Below are positions 28,887-32,000 of a stretch of DNA of 32,000 nucleotides, piece after piece. This stretch comes from Nanoarchaeum equitans Kin4-M (GTDB taxonomy: Archaea; Nanobdellota; Nanobdellia; Nanobdellales; Nanoarchaeaceae), in assembly GCA_000008085.1 (NCBI GenBank), contig AE017199.1, positions 60,001-92,000 on the forward strand. Direction: 5' to 3'. Position 1 is the first letter of the stretch, and every line of letters starts with the position of its first letter. Position numbers and translations under genes: made by a program. The notes below the pieces were generated by a model that did not search any database, was not told where the DNA came from, and worked only from the letters and a program-made list of their open reading frames with translations.

Positions 28887-29444
28887 ATGGTTTCTCTAAA
28901 AATGGAGATTTATAACTATGGAACTCAAGATAACGCTTTAGTTATAGAAATGAAAAGAGGAGAATCGATTAATCTAAAAAAGGGGTCACTTATTTTTATT
29001 AAAGGTAAACATGCAATAAAACCATCAAAAGAGAATAGTTTCTTTTTATTAGAATGCCTCGGGCATTGTTCTGTAGGTGTTTCGATGGGTATTGGTAAAA
29101 AAGAAATAATAAATGTTATTGAGCCTTTATATATAAATATGAATAATGTAATTGGCTTTTACAATGCTAAATATGTAAAACTGGGCAAAAAAATAATAGA
29201 TTATAATACTTCTATGGATCTAATTTATACAAGGGAAGGTAATTACATTTTGTCTTACAAAGGGGATAAACTAGAACTTAGAATAGGAAATGAAAAAGTT
29301 TTAGTAGATTTGGACAATTTGGTTCTAACTAATGGCAAAATAAAATTTATCCCTCATAAAAATGCTGTAATAACAGGGGAAGAACCATTGTTAGCAGAAA
29401 TCGAAGGCCCAGCAATAATATATTTGCAAACCATCACTTTATAA
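28887..29444 (+). CDS. AIM24/DUF124-like beta-rich protein (start possibly ATG 28902)
   Basis: 'YNYGTQDNALVIEMKRGESINLKKGSLIFIKG' and the C-terminal 'EIEGPAIIYLQTITL' resemble the family's N- and C-terminal signatures. The TATA-like 'ttatttaaaaataaa' at 28873-28887 fits the 28902 start better. Confidence 0.45.
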   Translation: MVSLKMEIYNYGTQDNALVIEMKRGESINLKKGSLIFIKGKHAIKPSKENSFFLLECLGHCSVGVSMGIGKKEIINVIEPLYINMNNVIGFYNAKYVKLGKKIIDYNTSMDLIYTREGNYILSYKGDKLELRIGNEKVLVDLDNLVLTNGKIKFIPHKNAVITGEEPLLAEIEGPAIIYLQTITL

Positions 29445-29465
29445 AAAACATTTCGTTTACTCCAT

Positions 29466-30296
29466 ATGGGTAAAATAATAAGCGCTATACAAATTGCTTA
29501 CGAAGGAGGAATAGATTTAGATACTTTGAAAAGAATGCTTAAATCATATAAACCCAAAGGAAATGTTATTCCCGATGTTGTTACTAAGCATTATAGAGAT
29601 TTGGAATTTGGCCAACTAAAAGGGGTTAGAATAGTAAGAATCGCAACCCATCCAGATTTTCAAGGAAAAGGATTTGGTTCAATAGCATTAAAAGAAATGT
29701 CTCAAGATCTAAAAAATAAAGGATTTCATTGGATTGGTACTGGTTTTGGAGCAACAGTTAAACTATTAAATTTTTGGCTAAAAAATGGTTTTATTCCAGT
29801 CCATATAAGTCCGGAAAAAAACCCCGCTACTGGAGAATACTCGGTTGTAGTTATAAAACCATTGTCTAAAAAAACAGAAGAAATAATAAAAAGGGTTAAT
29901 TTTGAATTTAAATGGAAATTTTTAAATTCTGTTACAGATGTTTTTTTCGATATAGAGCCCAAATTGGGAGTAATGTTAACTTATAGCCCATATAAGCATA
30001 GCTTAGAGAAGCATGGCATTAAAATATTTACAGATGTTCAATTGGATAGAATAAAGCTTTATATTAATGGACCTATGACATATGAAGCTGCGGCAGATCT
30101 AGTTAGGCTTTTAGCTATTAAACATTTTGTTGAGAGAAAAATCGAACTACCAATAGAAAAAGAAGAAAAGTTGTTTGCCAAATCTTTATTGGCATGGAGC
30201 TGGAAAAAGATGTCGGAATATTATGACAAAAAGCCTTCAAAGCTTAGAGACGAAATAAGAAAGATATGCAAAGAATTATACCGTTCCTATTTCTAA
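29466..30296 (+). CDS. tmcA: tRNA(Met) cytidine acetyltransferase TmcA, free-standing C-terminal half (GNAT + tRNA-binding tail); the helicase half is absent from the window
   Basis: 'GVRIVRIATHPDFQGKGFGSIALKEM' matches the TmcA/NAT10 acetyl-CoA motif (RIVRIAVHPDxQxxGYGS). It is preceded by 'IQIAYEGGI...GNVIPDVV', typical of the region just after the helicase domain. There is no P-loop anywhere in this ORF or in the upstream ORF. Confidence 0.8.
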   Translation: MGKIISAIQIAYEGGIDLDTLKRMLKSYKPKGNVIPDVVTKHYRDLEFGQLKGVRIVRIATHPDFQGKGFGSIALKEMSQDLKNKGFHWIGTGFGATVKLLNFWLKNGFIPVHISPEKNPATGEYSVVVIKPLSKKTEEIIKRVNFEFKWKFLNSVTDVFFDIEPKLGVMLTYSPYKHSLEKHGIKIFTDVQLDRIKLYINGPMTYEAAADLVRLLAIKHFVERKIELPIEKEEKLFAKSLLAWSWKKMSEYYDKKPSKLRDEIRKICKELYRSYF

Positions 30297-30919
30297 TATT
30301 AGTATTAGTATTTCTATCTCTAATACCAAAGAGTTGTAAAGTAGAATATGTTATTGATGGAGATACAATAAAAACGAGTTGTGGTAAAGTAAGGCTTTCT
30401 TTAATTGATGCCCACGAAAGAGGAGAACCGCTATATGAAAAAGCGAAAGAGTTTGTTCAACAATTTCTTAGAAATTGTGACCCCGTTATAATAAAAGAAG
30501 GCTATGATAAATATAATAGAATTTTAGCGTTAGTTAAATGTAACAACAAAACATTGAATGTTGAGTTAGTAAAAAACAAACTGGCTATTGTTTATTTAAG
30601 GTATTGTCCTTATTCCAAATTTAGAGATTATGATATATTTTATAATTTTTGCCATTATATTAAATCAAACAAATATGGTTGTTTAGAACTAAAAAGGAAA
30701 GGGCAAAAAGTTATTATTTTTAACAAATGCGATAAAATCCATATCGATGGGTTTGTTACTACATATAATGGAGAGTTTATTCCTATTAATGTTACTATTG
30801 AAAAACAATATACTATCGATTTTTATGCCTATTTTCACAAAAATGTTTTAGACCCGAAAGAGAAAATTTTTGTATTCGATAGGAATGGCTTTTTGTTAGC
30901 TCAGCTTGGCTCTTCTTAA
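30266..30919 (+). CDS. Secreted/anchored staphylococcal-nuclease (SNase)-like nuclease with a Cys-containing C-terminal extension
   Basis: Signal/anchor 'IIPFLFLILVLVFLSLI'. The SNase core is 'VIDGDTIK...VRLSLIDAHERGEP...DKYNRILALV...LNVELVKNKLAIV'. Equivalents of the Ca-ligand Asp, R35, E43 and R87 are present. The final ~90 aa are unassigned. Confidence 0.8.
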   Translation: MQRIIPFLFLILVLVFLSLIPKSCKVEYVIDGDTIKTSCGKVRLSLIDAHERGEPLYEKAKEFVQQFLRNCDPVIIKEGYDKYNRILALVKCNNKTLNVELVKNKLAIVYLRYCPYSKFRDYDIFYNFCHYIKSNKYGCLELKRKGQKVIIFNKCDKIHIDGFVTTYNGEFIPINVTIEKQYTIDFYAYFHKNVLDPKEKIFVFDRNGFLLAQLGSS

Positions 30920-30949
30920 TCACTGCTCATCCTGGGACAGCCTCATCAT
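30901..30949 (-). ncRNA. Candidate C/D box sRNA (2'-O-methylation guide)
   Basis: The minus strand reads ATGATGA | GGCTGTCCCAGG | ATGA | GCA | GTGATTA | AGAAGAGCCAAG | CTGA. That is C box, 12-nt guide, D', 3-nt spacer, C', 12-nt guide and D box. The GA dinucleotides needed for the K-turn and K-loop are retained. It occupies the only spacer between two convergent genes. Confidence 0.6.
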
Positions 30950-31776
30950 TTTTGCTTTAGTTTTTCTAAAACTTTTTCGAAATGTGGGAGCTTATCAAAG
31001 GCATATTCAACTAAGCTATCTAAAGCTTTAGCTAAAAATTCAGAATTAATCCATATACCGACATCGTTTTGGTCATAAGCATTTTGGTCATCGTTTAGCA
31101 TAAATAATACTTCTTTTCCATCAACTATTATCATTCTACTATTTATTTTATCGCTATCCCTAATTTCTACATAAGGAGCAATTTTTTTCAAATATTCTAC
31201 ATTTCTCTCTGTTATTTTTGTTGCCATTTTTATGTTTACTCCCCTATTGTATAATTGTTTAAATAGCTCTTCAAATGCTCTTACTTTCCTAATAGCTCCA
31301 GTTTCGGTAGTGAATATTATAACTTTTTCCTCTGCTCCCCTCAGCATAGCCTCCATTTGGGAATATACACTATATCTCCCCCTAATGGAAGCAGCATTGT
31401 CAGTTATATCTAAATTCTTTAGCCCTTGTTTATATAATAATTCTAGTTGTGCAGCTAAATCGCTTTGTGCTATCAAATCTAATTTTTTAGCTTTTTCTTG
31501 TGCTTCCTGTAATAGCCTTTGTTTTACCCTATTAAATACTTCTCTAGGGGGGATAGCAGCATATTTAATAGGTTTTCCTAATCTCATAACGACAAAACCT
31601 TTTTTCTCTAAGCTTTCTAAAATATCATAAGCCCTACTTCTTGGGACATTAGCCATATCTGATAGTTCTCCAGCGGTAGCTTCCCCTTTAGCCAATAGAG
31701 CCAACCAAATTCTTGCTTCATATAGATTTAGACCAAATATTTGTCTTACTGTATTTACTAAATCCTCATTTATCAT
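30946..31776 (-). CDS. TrmB-family transcriptional regulator (wHTH + C-terminal effector domain)
   Basis: 'LNLYEARIWLALLAKGEATAGELSDMANVPRSRAYDILESLEKKGFVV' is a canonical TrmB N-terminal winged helix. Confidence 0.88.
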   Translation of the reverse strand: MINEDLVNTVRQIFGLNLYEARIWLALLAKGEATAGELSDMANVPRSRAYDILESLEKKGFVVMRLGKPIKYAAIPPREVFNRVKQRLLQEAQEKAKKLDLIAQSDLAAQLELLYKQGLKNLDITDNAASIRGRYSVYSQMEAMLRGAEEKVIIFTTETGAIRKVRAFEELFKQLYNRGVNIKMATKITERNVEYLKKIAPYVEIRDSDKINSRMIIVDGKEVLFMLNDDQNAYDQNDVGIWINSEFLAKALDSLVEYAFDKLPHFEKVLEKLKQK

Positions 31777-31795
31777 TAGCTTATAGATAGACCTG

Positions 31796-31804
31796 ATTTA
31801 AAAA
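31796..31804 (-). promoter_or_regulatory. TATA-like box (minus strand TTTTTAAAT) at -20..-28 of the TrmB-like start codon
   Basis: Counted from ATG at 31776. Confidence 0.4.
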
Positions 31805-31874
31805 TTTTTTGTTTACCTATCGTGGTAAAGTAGTTAAACATCCCATTTATAAATAAAAAAACTATTATCGATAT

Positions 31875-32000
31875 GTGCGCAGGGCACTAGAGTTGCCAAT
31901 AAACATTATAATAATATTAGTAATAGTGTTTTTCGTATTTACTATTGTTGTAGGGTTTGTACCTAAGCTATTAGGGGGAACCCTAGGCAAATTAGGAAGA
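31875..32000 (+). CDS. Partial ORF (runs off window): small protein with an N-terminal TM helix
   Basis: My translation from GTG 31875 gives VRRALELPINIIIILVIVFFVFTIVVGFVPKLLGGTLGKLGR... A TATA-like 'atttataaataaaa' lies about 25 nt upstream. The start could instead be TTG 31893. A faint TatA-like flavour ('PKLLGGTLGKLGR') is not enough for a call. Confidence 0.3.
   Translation, partial: MRRALELPINIIIILVIVFFVFTIVVGFVPKLLGGTLGKLGR

Noticed and set aside
31875-32000. TatA-like identity for the partial terminal ORF
   Set aside because: Only a vague 'PKLLGGTLGKLGR' resemblance to the TatA hinge/amphipathic region. The FG..KLP motif is absent and the ORF is truncated, so it is reported only as a partial TM protein.

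Overview
AT-rich (about 30% GC), very gene-dense archaeal DNA with almost no intergenic space and many overlapping start/stop codons. I read it as a Nanoarchaeum equitans-type nanoarchaeal chromosome. The reason is ORF 1786-3816, the N-terminal part of a family-B DNA polymerase that breaks inside the YGD/TDS motif and ends in a 98-aa split-intein N-half. This matches my memory of the N. equitans split PolB; that is recollection, not a database hit.

Confident calls:
- Seven ribosomal protein genes, scattered singly on both strands: uL23, uS11, uL18, uS10, uL10/P0, uL14, uL5.
- aEF-1alpha, aCPSF1 (KH + beta-CASP RNase), glutamate dehydrogenase, endonuclease IV, RtcB RNA ligase, FEN-1 and class I LysRS.
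- A TrmB-family regulator, a staphylococcal-nuclease-like secreted nuclease, a Wzx-like flippase and an MBL-fold hydrolase.
- A free-standing C-terminal (GNAT) half of TmcA.
- One intron-less tRNA-Gln(CUG).

Features not in the ORF track:
- A 54-aa zinc-ribbon ORF (6702-6866, minus strand).
- A candidate C/D box sRNA (30901-30949, minus strand) with canonical 7-12-4-3-7-12-4 box/guide geometry.
- TATA-like boxes about 20-28 nt upstream of start codons and of the tRNA 5' end, implying leaderless transcripts.

Most interesting unexplained content:
- A CBS-domain protein whose C-terminal ~100 aa looks like an HPF/RaiA (S30AE) ribosome-hibernation fold. It sits directly downstream of EF-1alpha and S10 and is translationally coupled to two orphan genes.
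- An orphan three-gene block (13896-16785) of probable envelope proteins.
- A tightly overlapping minus-strand block (7453-5668) encoding a SufC-like ATPase, the zinc ribbon, a pilin-like secreted protein and a degenerate kinase-like protein.

I saw no CRISPR array, IS element, rRNA or split tRNA half. All functional calls rest on motif recognition by eye, with no searches run.
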